Of a stretch of DNA of 44,719 nt, positions 32,218-41,422 are shown piece by piece. How positions within the stretch are numbered: the stretch's first letter is position 1; each line of letters starts with the position of its first letter. The notes below the pieces were generated by a model. That model searched no databases and was not told where the DNA came from. It worked only from the letters and a program-made list of their open reading frames with translations. The DNA comes from Firmicutes bacterium HGW-Firmicutes-19. GTDB taxonomy: Bacteria > Bacillota_I > Bacilli_A > Erysipelotrichales > Erysipelotrichaceae. Position numbers and translations under genes: made by a program. Location: NCBI GenBank assembly GCA_002841515.1, contig PGZW01000001.1, positions 1-44,719 on the forward strand, written 5' to 3'.

Positions 32218-33642
32218 TCATTCAACTTCCAACTGACCCATCATTCCGGCTTCTTCATGTTCCAAGATATGACAATGATACATGTAAATACCCTTATGCT
32301 TAAACTGAACGATGATCCGCACGGTTTCCCCCGCACCTACAAAAACCGTATCCTTAAATCCTCGCTCCTTCTCACTAGGCTTTTTGCCATTGCGAGACAG
32401 CACTTGAAATTGAGTGCCATGAATATGAAAGGGATGTCCCATGCCACCCATCATCGTTCTCAACGTGGTTATTTCCCAAATCTCAATCGCACCGAGAGAT
32501 ACATTGTCATCGATCCGATGGATATCAAATTGTTTGCCATTCAGGCTGACCATATGACCCATTCCATTCAATTCAATCGTCTTGATTGCCGTCACTTTAC
32601 TTACATCCAAAGTCGCTACCTCAACCAATGTCTCAGGGATTTCTGTCGTATCCACACGTTTTTTACCCACCACAAACGTCATGATACGAATGTTACCACT
32701 GGTAAGAACAATCACATCACCTTCGTTATAAGCCGAGAAATCAACAATGATCTCAGCTCTTTCACCCGGCGAAAGAAATAGTCGCTGACTCTTAACCGGC
32801 TTTTCAAGAAAACCGCCATCCGACGCTATTTGATAAAACTCTCCCCGGTTGCTCAATTCAATATTAAAATTACGGGCATTTGCGCCATTGACGAGTCGAA
32901 ATCGCATGTTGATCTGATCAACTTTTAATGTCGGCGTAATAGCACCATTGACCAATATCGTATCACCCAACACGCCATCCATCATATTCGACGAATAATC
33001 AAACGATCCGTCTCTGTTAAAACTTCGATCCTGAATGATCAAAGGAATATCATTGACTCCATAATCCTTCGGAATGTTCAGTCGATCCGAATGCTCATCT
33101 TCCACGATCAATAACCCCGCCAGACCTTCATACACTTGAATGGCCGTTGAACCGATGACATGCGGATGAAACCAAAGGGTTGCTGCCGGCTGATCAACCA
33201 CAAACGAAGGTTGCCAAACAGTGCCCGGACGTATCACTTGATGAGGTCCTCCATCACTCGTACCACCCACTTCAAGTCCATGCCAGTGAACCGAAGTATC
33301 CTCTGCTAAGTCATTTTGAACATGCATGTTCACAAGTTGGCCACGCCTTACCTTAATGACCGGGCCTAAGAAACTGCCATTATACCCCAACGTCGGCGTT
33401 GAAACGTTGTTAAAAAAACTTGTCTGACCTTGCTGCGCGACGATGTTATAATCCGCAATATTCTCATCCTCATTTTCATCCACCAACAAAACAGGAATAG
33501 GCAACATTCTGCTATCCCCATCGACTACGTTATCCGTATTGCTCCATGGAAAATCATCCATATATACACCAACCAAGCCGACCCCAATCAAAGCGACCCC
33601 CAACACTATCAACAGTGCCAACTTCCATTTTCCACTCATCAT
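32218..33642 (-). CDS. Multicopper oxidase (CueO/laccase-like), membrane-anchored or secreted
   Basis: Copper-ligand motifs HWHG (in SVHWHGLEV), WFHPH, HPFHIHG and HCHILEHEEAGMM. N-terminal hydrophobic anchor. ATG 33640-33642 follows AAAGGA by 7 nt (the track start at 33648 is GTG). Confidence 0.85.
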   Translation of the reverse strand: MMSGKWKLALLIVLGVALIGVGLVGVYMDDFPWSNTDNVVDGDSRMLPIPVLLVDENEDENIADYNIVAQQGQTSFFNNVSTPTLGYNGSFLGPVIKVRRGQLVNMHVQNDLAEDTSVHWHGLEVGGTSDGGPHQVIRPGTVWQPSFVVDQPAATLWFHPHVIGSTAIQVYEGLAGLLIVEDEHSDRLNIPKDYGVNDIPLIIQDRSFNRDGSFDYSSNMMDGVLGDTILVNGAITPTLKVDQINMRFRLVNGANARNFNIELSNRGEFYQIASDGGFLEKPVKSQRLFLSPGERAEIIVDFSAYNEGDVIVLTSGNIRIMTFVVGKKRVDTTEIPETLVEVATLDVSKVTAIKTIELNGMGHMVSLNGKQFDIHRIDDNVSLGAIEIWEITTLRTMMGGMGHPFHIHGTQFQVLSRNGKKPSEKERGFKDTVFVGAGETVRIIVQFKHKGIYMYHCHILEHEEAGMMGQLEVE

Positions 33643-33771
33643 CCTCACATCCTTTCAAACAACGAAACACGAAACGGGCAAACAAAGCACATAGCACCTC
33701 AACTTACCCAATAACTCTCTATATTTATGATAAAACAACAATATGTCACAAATGTGATAGAACGACATATT

Positions 33772-33805
33772 TCATTAAAGAAAGCAGGATCCGGGGATCC
33801 TGCTT
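33772..33805 (-). terminator. Rho-independent terminator after the CPBP gene
   Basis: Perfect palindrome AAGCAGGATCC-GG-GGATCCTGCTT (33782-33805). On the minus strand it is followed by TCTTTAATGA, beginning 3 nt beyond the stop at 33808. Confidence 0.65.
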
Positions 33806-33807
33806 AT

Positions 33808-34554
33808 CTAGAAAATGCTTGCTATTAACAATACAAACAGTGTCATCGTAACATTAGCCACATTGTGAATCCAAATCGAACCCCACAGATTGCGCGTCTT
33901 GATAAATACAAATGCCTGAAAGCTTCCCAGAACAAATGCTGTTAACAATTGATAACTGTCATAAAATATCGTAAAGGGATCAAAGGCGTAGCTGACATGC
34001 GCTATTGCGAAGATCGTGGCGGATAGCAGGATGATTAAGTTTTCGTGTCTTGTGCTAATTGTTTTGTTTGTGTCCCACAGATGTCCCATCAGAAACACGA
34101 TCAGAAACCCTCTGTACAACGGCTCTTCTCCCAGTCCCGGAAAAATGGACTGAAAGAACAGATTAGACAATAATGTGGTTGTTTGTGGCCATGGCTGATT
34201 TGCAATTGCAATCCATGTCGGATGATCAAACAGGTAGACCAAACCGTACGTCAATGAAAGCAACACTGGCCAAATCAATGCAAATCCAAAGACAAATTTC
34301 CACGGGGATCTCCGGTCTTTTCGAAAAAGAACGGAAGCCAGAAATCCTTTTTTGATAAACACTGCCGTCATGATCATCGCAAAGCCCAACATCACTGACT
34401 GAGCAAAGATAGATGCAAGCAACCCGCCCATATCCACCTCGGACAATGAATGATAAATCTGATTAGCTATGTGCTGAAAGCCAATGTCAAAGGTCACTAG
34501 AAGAAGGATTACAGTGATAACGGTGATGCTTCTTTTATTTCCATCGGTCAACAA
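33808..34554 (-). CDS. CPBP-family intramembrane glutamic endopeptidase (CAAX protease-like)
   Basis: ORF track 33808..34608. Motifs GLGEEPLYRGF and FAIAH..Y. I prefer TTG 34552-34554 because GAGGAG lies 7 nt upstream, which reduces the overlap with the nitroreductase gene from 74 to 20 nt. Confidence 0.75.
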   Translation of the reverse strand: MLTDGNKRSITVITVILLLVTFDIGFQHIANQIYHSLSEVDMGGLLASIFAQSVMLGFAMIMTAVFIKKGFLASVLFRKDRRSPWKFVFGFALIWPVLLSLTYGLVYLFDHPTWIAIANQPWPQTTTLLSNLFFQSIFPGLGEEPLYRGFLIVFLMGHLWDTNKTISTRHENLIILLSATIFAIAHVSYAFDPFTIFYDSYQLLTAFVLGSFQAFVFIKTRNLWGSIWIHNVANVTMTLFVLLIASIF

Positions 34555-35140
34555 ATGATATCTCCTCTGCGGATTTACGCTCAATCTCTTTGATCGGCTG
34601 ATCCGCATACCCCACGGGCATCAAATACAAACAAACGACATCATCCGGAAGATTCAATATTTCAGATGCTTTTCGCACATCAAGATAACCGATCCAACAG
34701 GCATTTAACCCATGACATGTCGCAACTAAAAACATATGCTCCCCCGGAATGGCCGGTACACCATTATTCCAAAAAATGTTGGACATCCTCTTATCCGGAT
34801 ATTGATACACATAATCCACAAATTCCTTGCCAAAGCGCGTATGATTGACGATCAGACCAAAGTCATCTTCATCCACGTTGCTTAAATCTTCATTTAAAAC
34901 CGCACAACAAGCAATGACCACCGGCGCACGGGCAATCCACATCTGCTCACCCGCCGCAACAGCCAGCTCATTCTTCAACGTTTCATCGCGAATCACCCCA
35001 AACATCCAACTCTGCCCATTGCCCCCGGAAGGCGCAAGACGGGCAGCCTCAAGCATGTCCGAAATGATTTCGTCACTGACCTTCTGATCGCTAAAACTGC
35101 GAACAGAACGTCTTTTCTTCATACAATCCAATATTTCCAT
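34535..35140 (-). CDS. Nitroreductase-family protein
   Basis: Internal ATG 35138-35140 of track ORF 34535..35377, preceded by GAGAGGAAATTAAAC. MEILDCMKKRRSVRSFSDQKVSDEIISDMLEAARLAPSGGNGQSW is the classic nitroreductase N-terminus. Confidence 0.85.
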   Translation of the reverse strand: MEILDCMKKRRSVRSFSDQKVSDEIISDMLEAARLAPSGGNGQSWMFGVIRDETLKNELAVAAGEQMWIARAPVVIACCAVLNEDLSNVDEDDFGLIVNHTRFGKEFVDYVYQYPDKRMSNIFWNNGVPAIPGEHMFLVATCHGLNACWIGYLDVRKASEILNLPDDVVCLYLMPVGYADQPIKEIERKSAEEISFVDRWK

Positions 35141-35487
35141 GTTTAATTTCCTCTCTTGTACGTCATTCAAGTTATTAACAAAAAAAGCCAATGGAATCCC
35201 AATGGCAAAAAAGAACGCGCCATAAAGAAACCAAAAATCACCGTCATTTGAAATACACAAAAAGAAAGCCTGATATAACATTCTTCTTTGCGATTTCATT
35301 CGATGATTTCTAACGTCTCCATGTTGCACGTATGCTATTGATTGTATAGACATCCCGTGTACCGGAAATGATCCCACCCTTCAAACTTGAATTGACAAAA
35401 TCATTATAAAACGATGTTTCCTTCTATGTCAAAACTTTTCATAATCCTTTATTGAAAGAACTTAAACATTAATCATAGTATAATCAT

Positions 35488-36054
35488 CTACTCGTCCTCA
35501 ATATCATACTCGCCAGACATCCACGGGATATCATTGGTTAATTCAAGCATTGCCCCCTCAATTCCCCAACCCAAATCCATCGTGTTATAAAGCATTTTTT
35601 TAATCCGCTTAGACATTTCACTTTGAATTTCAACATCCTGAATTTTGTCACTTTCATTTACAAAATTACTATACATCCGACACAGAACATCAAAGAAATC
35701 CTCATTTTCCCACCCTACAGTACTTGCGAATTCAAACCCGCACTCAATCGTATACAGCTCTAAATTCAATATCATCTCAATGGATCCAATCATTTTAAAT
35801 TCTTCAATTTTTGCTTTTGCTTTTTTAATTGAAGGCGTTGAATTTAATCGCTTGGGAAAGAAGATGTTGTCTATATGTTCTTTATATCGATCAAACATTT
35901 CTCTTTGATATACCTCGCCAATAAACCTTGATGTAAGGATTTTTTGAACTTTGCCATCATTTTTAAACAAGTCAGCCAGTATTTCCACTAGTTCCGCATG
36001 TTCTAATTTCTTAAGATCTTTCTTCAACTTAGTAATAGTATATTTCGCAACCAT
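35488..36054 (-). CDS. Hypothetical cytoplasmic protein (188 aa)
   Basis: ORF track 35488..36072. ATG 36052-36054 follows GAGGGAG. No family recognised. Confidence 0.55.
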   Translation of the reverse strand: MVAKYTITKLKKDLKKLEHAELVEILADLFKNDGKVQKILTSRFIGEVYQREMFDRYKEHIDNIFFPKRLNSTPSIKKAKAKIEEFKMIGSIEMILNLELYTIECGFEFASTVGWENEDFFDVLCRMYSNFVNESDKIQDVEIQSEMSKRIKKMLYNTMDLGWGIEGAMLELTNDIPWMSGEYDIEDE

Positions 36055-36344
36055 AGGACTCCCTCGCATCACTTAAAACTTTATAGCTATTATACAATTA
36101 ATTACTGCTGCGTCTACACTCATTATAAAAAATATCCTTCAATATCTGTCGCATTGATACGTAGGCAATCAAAATGTTCTGTATATCAATTCTATTTAGC
36201 CAAATATAAGCTTGAATAGAGAATATTCTTTCAGACAATGTAATACCTGCACAACCTGGCAGAGTTGATGGCTTTAGGATTAATTTTATCCTATGGCATG
36301 ATTGATAATGAGAATGCCTGTAACATCGTTAAATTATTTGAAAA

Positions 36345-38153
36345 TCACTGACCAACTTGTCTAGCATTTCCCCCATCCAAATCCATCTCAAACCATTCAA
36401 ACACATTGTTATCAAAGAAGTACAGCTTGTTATTGACGATGTGAAGTTTCGCAAAGTCCCCTTTCGAAGAGAGTTTCGTTATGTTTTCTCCATTGACATC
36501 CATCTTCATGATCGCTTCCTCAACCCCGTCATAGTAAACAATAAAATTCTGATATATATGTGTGTGGGATGCGTAGTTGGTGATCAGTTTCTGATTGCCG
36601 GTACCATCCAGTTTCACTTTGCTTAGCGCTACCCGGGTATTGTCATCCCCATAGTAAATCCAGCCATCCTCTGTCGTCAGAAAAGTGGAGGAAATTGCGG
36701 TAATGACCTGTTCCTCACTGCCATCGATCTTTACCTTTACCATTGTCTGCCCCTGACCATTGGCAAATACCAGCCAATCCCCCTGTAAACTAAAAGCAAA
36801 CAATCCTTCCGATTGACTTACCGGACTCAAATCACTTCCATCGACTTTCGCTTTATAGATACGTGCATTGTCCGCGTGATTAAGAAAGTACATCCAGTTT
36901 CCGTAGATAAGTAAATTGCCAACACTCATATCCAAAACAACTTGTGTGTCACTGCCATCCGCTTTCATCCGATAAATACCGGAGTAATCCGTTTCATTGA
37001 TATAGTATATCCAGTCTTTCCACACATTGAGATTTCTTGCCTGATCGGGAGATATCATGATGGGAGTCTCTTGATTATCCATTTTATAAATTCCCATTGT
37101 TTTATTTTGACTCGCAAAAATCAAGGAATCACCGATTGAAATGAAGAAACCGCCATTACTGCGATTACTGTTGGTAGAGCCCACCTTCATGACCTCCGGC
37201 TCATCCTTGGATAACAACGGGGCCTTGGGCACCGTGATTACCTTTTCCTTATCCTTTCCCTTAATCCGATATTCCCTTCCGCTGTCACTGTGATTAAGAT
37301 AGTACAACCAACCATCCAGAAACAGCAGATCTGAAGACATATCTTCACTGATGACCTTCACGTCCGTACCATCCAACTTCGCACTGCTCAACCGATAGTT
37401 ATGATTCAAATCCGAAAAATAAAGTCTTCCCTGATTTTCATTGAGCGCAAACACCCGCAAGTCATTGACCTTCATCAAATCAGATCCATCCAACTTCACC
37501 CGATACAGCTTCGAGGCATCGGCAGAACTGTTGAAATACACCCAATCGCCCACGACCAACGTCAGATCCGCGGCATCCTGAGCCAACACCTTTAACTCAC
37601 CGCTCTTAAAATCGGATAACATTAATTGTTGGTTATTTTCTTCTATCGAAATAAACACCAAACCTTGTTCAGCCGCATTCAATCGCAACGCCGAAACATC
37701 CAAAAACCGCTCATTAATCGATCCATCCGGTGACATTTTATAAATCCGTTGTTCATCATCGTTATTGACATAGTAAATCCATCCGTTGGCAATCAACATC
37801 CCGCCATACGGATATATGGCATTCGAGGACACTAATTCTTCTTTCGAACCATCCACTTTCACCCGAACCATTTTATAGTCATCGTCCAAACTCATAAAAT
37901 ACACCCAGTCTTCTAACACATTCAAATAAACTCCGGCACGCTCTGTTATGCGAACGACATCCGTTGTATCGCTTTTACTGAAATAAATTCGCAACCGATC
38001 GCGTGAGTTCGCAAATACGATGCCACCCTTTACCTTGACCCGATATCCGAAATTCGCAATGTTACCGTTGGTATTACCCAACGTTTGTGAAGAAGAAAAA
38101 GAACATCCGAAAAGCAATAAAATTCCTCCAAATAGAACGATGACCTTTTTCAT
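36345..38153 (-). CDS. DUF5050-like beta-propeller lipoprotein
   Basis: 602 aa. Lipobox LLFGCSF. About 10 repeats of the pattern W(I/V)Y(Y/F).N..D...(I/L)Y(K/R).K.DGS. Confidence 0.75.
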   Translation of the reverse strand: MKKVIVLFGGILLLFGCSFSSSQTLGNTNGNIANFGYRVKVKGGIVFANSRDRLRIYFSKSDTTDVVRITERAGVYLNVLEDWVYFMSLDDDYKMVRVKVDGSKEELVSSNAIYPYGGMLIANGWIYYVNNDDEQRIYKMSPDGSINERFLDVSALRLNAAEQGLVFISIEENNQQLMLSDFKSGELKVLAQDAADLTLVVGDWVYFNSSADASKLYRVKLDGSDLMKVNDLRVFALNENQGRLYFSDLNHNYRLSSAKLDGTDVKVISEDMSSDLLFLDGWLYYLNHSDSGREYRIKGKDKEKVITVPKAPLLSKDEPEVMKVGSTNSNRSNGGFFISIGDSLIFASQNKTMGIYKMDNQETPIMISPDQARNLNVWKDWIYYINETDYSGIYRMKADGSDTQVVLDMSVGNLLIYGNWMYFLNHADNARIYKAKVDGSDLSPVSQSEGLFAFSLQGDWLVFANGQGQTMVKVKIDGSEEQVITAISSTFLTTEDGWIYYGDDNTRVALSKVKLDGTGNQKLITNYASHTHIYQNFIVYYDGVEEAIMKMDVNGENITKLSSKGDFAKLHIVNNKLYFFDNNVFEWFEMDLDGGNARQVGQ

Positions 38154-38184
38154 CTACGATCTCCCATCGATTAACGCATGAACG

Positions 38185-38673
38185 TTACTTTCTTTTGCCT
38201 TCTTTTAATTTCATCACTGCGACCCACAACATCACGATGCCCAAACCACTCAACACCAAAATTCCAATGATCTGACCGGTGTTTCCGAAATTGCTTCCGG
38301 AAAACATCCACACCAAAATCATCAATGCAAGCAACACACTTCCGACACCCCACGTCCCTATCATGATCCATAACCATCGAATGGAAATTTTAATATCCTT
38401 ACCCTCATCCCCATCAACCTTCTGTGTTTGATCGGCCATCTTTTCCTTCAAACTATCCTCGCCCAGCGCTAAACCGGACGCAGCTCTTCGTACTTTCGCA
38501 CTGGGATCGCTTTGTGCCTGCCTTAAAACTTCCCTAGCCTCCTCTGGATTGATCGCTCGTAACGCCTTCACGGCATGTTCACGAATGGTCTCATCCGCAT
38601 CTTTCGCAGCTTTCATTAATCCTTCAATATCATTCCTCAAGACCATAAGATCGATGTCTTCATATGTTCTCAT
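38185..38673 (-). CDS. HEAT-repeat protein with C-terminal two-TM anchor
   Basis: DETIREHAVKALRAINPEEA...SDPSAKVRRAASGLA (PBS-lyase/HEAT-like repeats), a charged linker, then two hydrophobic helices. Confidence 0.65.
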   Translation of the reverse strand: MRTYEDIDLMVLRNDIEGLMKAAKDADETIREHAVKALRAINPEEAREVLRQAQSDPSAKVRRAASGLALGEDSLKEKMADQTQKVDGDEGKDIKISIRWLWIMIGTWGVGSVLLALMILVWMFSGSNFGNTGQIIGILVLSGLGIVMLWVAVMKLKEGKRK

Positions 38674-38727
38674 TACAGTAACCTCCTTATCACAGATTTG
38701 AAACTGACTGTGATCACTTCGAAATCC

Positions 38728-39750
38728 TTAAATCATCGAAATATACATCCCAACCCATACGACACCCAACGTCGGTATGCGAACCTTGACCTTCGACATC
38801 TGAGCCGCGATTTTCTCAATCAGCGGATCATCGGTTACGACCATTTTCTTAACATCGTCCATACAAAGACGCATCAAATCATCCAAATCCGACCCCGGAT
38901 TATAGTCTTCACTATTAAAAAACTTATAACTGGCCACCCGCTCCATTTTGATCACCGCATGAAATGACAGACGATCATCGATGAATCTATTCTCTTGATG
39001 CAAAGCCAAAACGACTTCACGGGCAATCATCGATGGAGTCATCGAAATGTCCTGAGGCAGTTCACCTTCGTACAAAATACCCATCGCAAAAATATCGCGA
39101 TGATGAAACAAACGAGTAAAATGATTTCTTTCTATCCCTTCACCATCTTCTGCATCGATATCTTCTTTATGATTTGCAACTTCATTATTAATCGTGGATT
39201 TCTTTCTCGCAAAAACAAAAAGAATGATCGCGATCGCACCAAACAAAAGTCCGCCTATAAAATATACAACTCTATAAGCGAAAGGGCTGTCAGCCATAAA
39301 GATCAGTGATACCAAAGCGGAAATTAGGAAGACAATTGCGAGAATTTTCAGTAAACTCTGACGTTCTTTGATTGTCCCTAACATTTTAGTCTCTTGTTGT
39401 AAATGAAAGGTTGTCGCATTTCCATCCTCTTTATCATGTTTCAACGGATTTGTCTTTACTTCCTCAACGATGCTCGATGTCTTTTGAACAAACGGATATA
39501 AAAAATCACTGTCATTATACAACTTCGAAGTATGAAGTACCGGCAGGACCTGTTTTAAAACATCTATGTCCGATTCGGTGATCAGATGATTCTTAACCTT
39601 CTCCACATCACGCATATCTTCGATTTCAATCAAAGCAATCAACGCTGCTTCACGAATCCCGGCATCAGAACTTTGAAGCGCTTCAAACAACGCGATCCGG
39701 TTACGACTGTTTTTAAAATTACTTATATCCTGTAATGATATTGCCATCAA
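38728..39750 (-). CDS. HEAT-like N-terminal domain / two-TM / C-terminal unknown domain protein
   Basis: 340 aa. LFEALQSSDAGIREAALIALIEIED resembles the neighbouring HEAT proteins. The central hydrophobic pair is ILAIVFLISALVSLIF and FIGGLLFGAIAIILFVF. Confidence 0.6.
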   Translation of the reverse strand: MMAISLQDISNFKNSRNRIALFEALQSSDAGIREAALIALIEIEDMRDVEKVKNHLITESDIDVLKQVLPVLHTSKLYNDSDFLYPFVQKTSSIVEEVKTNPLKHDKEDGNATTFHLQQETKMLGTIKERQSLLKILAIVFLISALVSLIFMADSPFAYRVVYFIGGLLFGAIAIILFVFARKKSTINNEVANHKEDIDAEDGEGIERNHFTRLFHHRDIFAMGILYEGELPQDISMTPSMIAREVVLALHQENRFIDDRLSFHAVIKMERVASYKFFNSEDYNPGSDLDDLMRLCMDDVKKMVVTDDPLIEKIAAQMSKVKVRIPTLGVVWVGMYISMI

Positions 39751-39826
39751 AATCCTCCTTTTTTAAACACAAAAACCGTGAAATCCCCCATCACGTTCGA
39801 ATCGACTTAACCCATTTTGAAAAGCA

Positions 39827-40120
39827 TCAACGAGTTTTATGCGTGTTGCGATACGCTTTGTTGAGCAGTGTCTCCATCAGCTCATGATATACCGGATTCG
39901 GCGATTTTCCTAAAACGACGATAAATTCACTGTCATGATGATGATCCGGATCTTCCATGGCATAATCCCAAACATCATCGACGACCGTCGGGTCATCGAG
40001 TTCAACCAAAGCGATTGCTGCTTCTGTTTGTTTTATCCCATGGCCTCGCATCATGATTCGATCTAAACCAGCCACATCGTGCTTTTCCTTCAACATCTGA
40101 ATATCTTTGTTCGCAATCAT
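39827..40120 (-). CDS. Small HEAT-like protein (97 aa)
   Basis: Internal ATG 40118-40120 of track ORF 39827..40171, preceded by AGAGGAGGTTCTTT. GIKQTEAAIALVELDDP resembles the N-termini of the two downstream genes. Confidence 0.55.
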   Translation of the reverse strand: MIANKDIQMLKEKHDVAGLDRIMMRGHGIKQTEAAIALVELDDPTVVDDVWDYAMEDPDHHHDSEFIVVLGKSPNPVYHELMETLLNKAYRNTHKTR

Positions 40121-40342
40121 AAAGAACCTCCTCTTTCGGTTGTTGTTTGTTGATGGATTGCGCATACACACTTCTTATGTATATATTATACACCCGTCCT
40201 CACGATTTGGCACACTTTGTGCATCGTTTATCAATCAAACATGCAATAACCTAAGAATTTCGCGAATTTTACGGCAGTCAACTTTCAATATCTTTGACAC
40301 ACATTGAGAATGCTCTATAATAAAAGAAAAGGTGGCGAGCAT

Positions 40343-41422
40343 ATGAAAAAGTACATATTGACCTCTGCCATCCTCTGGGTCATTCTTCAATATGGCATCG
40401 TCCTCAGGATGCGCGGCTTCTATTTCGGTATTTTTGTTTCCGAAACACTGAATATCATTCTACTGGCACTTTACATCGGCGCACTTTTTACCTTGTTTCG
40501 CAAAAACATCCCCAACGATGCCACTCGGTTCAACGATATTGCCTATCTTGTCTTGTCATCCGCACTCAGCATCTATCTTTTTAGAAGCATCTATTTAAGA
40601 CCTGCCATCTATCTGACATTGGCACTCGTTGCCCTTTTCGTAATGCTTACCTTGACCAAACGTTCAAAACCAATCAAACTCAACGTCGTCGAACGTCGTA
40701 AACTGTTCTTCTTTCGACCGACTTCTCCTGAGGCTTTCCGTAAGGTATTGAAAATCACCTTGATTTTGTTAACATTGACCATTCCCGTCACCCTGACGAT
40801 TCAATATTTTAATCTCGGTGTATTGCCTTCCATTGATGACAATCCCATCGAAAGACAACGAAACCGACCCGATTTTGTCGTTTTGAACTTACAGACTCTC
40901 AAAAAACTGGACAATCGAATATACGAGACATTAAGTATCGATGAACGGATCGAAGTGTTGCAGCTGGTCGAATACATCGAAGCGCATATGGAACGGCGAC
41001 CACCCTATAAAATCACCCATAAATCCATGGCCATCTACCACTATGCTCAACATTATTATTACAGCGGTATCATCATCCTCAATACCTACCATCTGGAAAA
41101 ACCGTATGCAGGTATCATGCTTTACACCGTCTTGCATGAAGGTCGACACATCACCCAGGAATACCTGATTCAAAGCATCGACTGGACCTCACCCTTTGCC
41201 CAGACTTCAAAGAGCCTGGAGCATGCGCGCAAGATAAAGGAAAACATTGAAAACTATTATTCTTATGATTTGTTTAATGACGATATCATCCGCTATCGCA
41301 GTCAGTATGTCGAAGTGGATGCGGATAACTTCGCGAAAGAAACCATCGTTTATTATCAACAGTATATTGAAAACCTTTTTGAAGATACCGATACCGAACC
41401 AACAACAGGAGACAAACCATGA
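40343..41422 (+). CDS. Membrane protein with C-terminal HExxH (putative zinc-metalloprotease-like) domain
   Basis: ORF track 40304..41422. ATG 40343 follows AAGGTGG. Four to five TM helices, then a soluble domain containing LHEGRHITQE (HExxH). The stop overlaps the next ATG (ATGA, 41419-41422). Confidence 0.6.
   Translation: MKKYILTSAILWVILQYGIVLRMRGFYFGIFVSETLNIILLALYIGALFTLFRKNIPNDATRFNDIAYLVLSSALSIYLFRSIYLRPAIYLTLALVALFVMLTLTKRSKPIKLNVVERRKLFFFRPTSPEAFRKVLKITLILLTLTIPVTLTIQYFNLGVLPSIDDNPIERQRNRPDFVVLNLQTLKKLDNRIYETLSIDERIEVLQLVEYIEAHMERRPPYKITHKSMAIYHYAQHYYYSGIIILNTYHLEKPYAGIMLYTVLHEGRHITQEYLIQSIDWTSPFAQTSKSLEHARKIKENIENYYSYDLFNDDIIRYRSQYVEVDADNFAKETIVYYQQYIENLFEDTDTEPTTGDKP

Noticed and set aside
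32188-32781. 197-aa plus-strand ORF in the track
   Set aside because: It is entirely antisense to the multicopper oxidase gene, whose four copper-ligand motifs make it unquestionably the real gene. It has no SD and its composition is mirror-strand noise. The same reasoning applies to the other short antisense ORFs in the track (e.g. 311-499, 787-999, 1163-1393, 11273-11638, 19914-20303, 29281-29688, 38698-38967).
33782-33805. Perfect 11+11 palindrome containing two GGATCC sites, considered as a MITE end or recombination site
   Set aside because: It is a single copy located 3 nt after a stop codon, with a T-rich tail on the transcribed strand. An intrinsic terminator is the simplest explanation.
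33808-34608. 74-nt overlap between the CPBP and nitroreductase ORFs as a possible programmed overlap or frameshift
   Set aside because: A TTG at 34552-34554 with GAGGAG 7 nt upstream gives a normal start and only a 20-nt overlap. No slippery sequence was seen.
35141-35377. 79-codon N-terminal extension of the nitroreductase ORF
   Set aside because: Nitroreductase homology begins exactly at MEILDCMKKRRSVRSF (ATG 35140), which has a strong SD. The extension is hydrophobic and has no SD.
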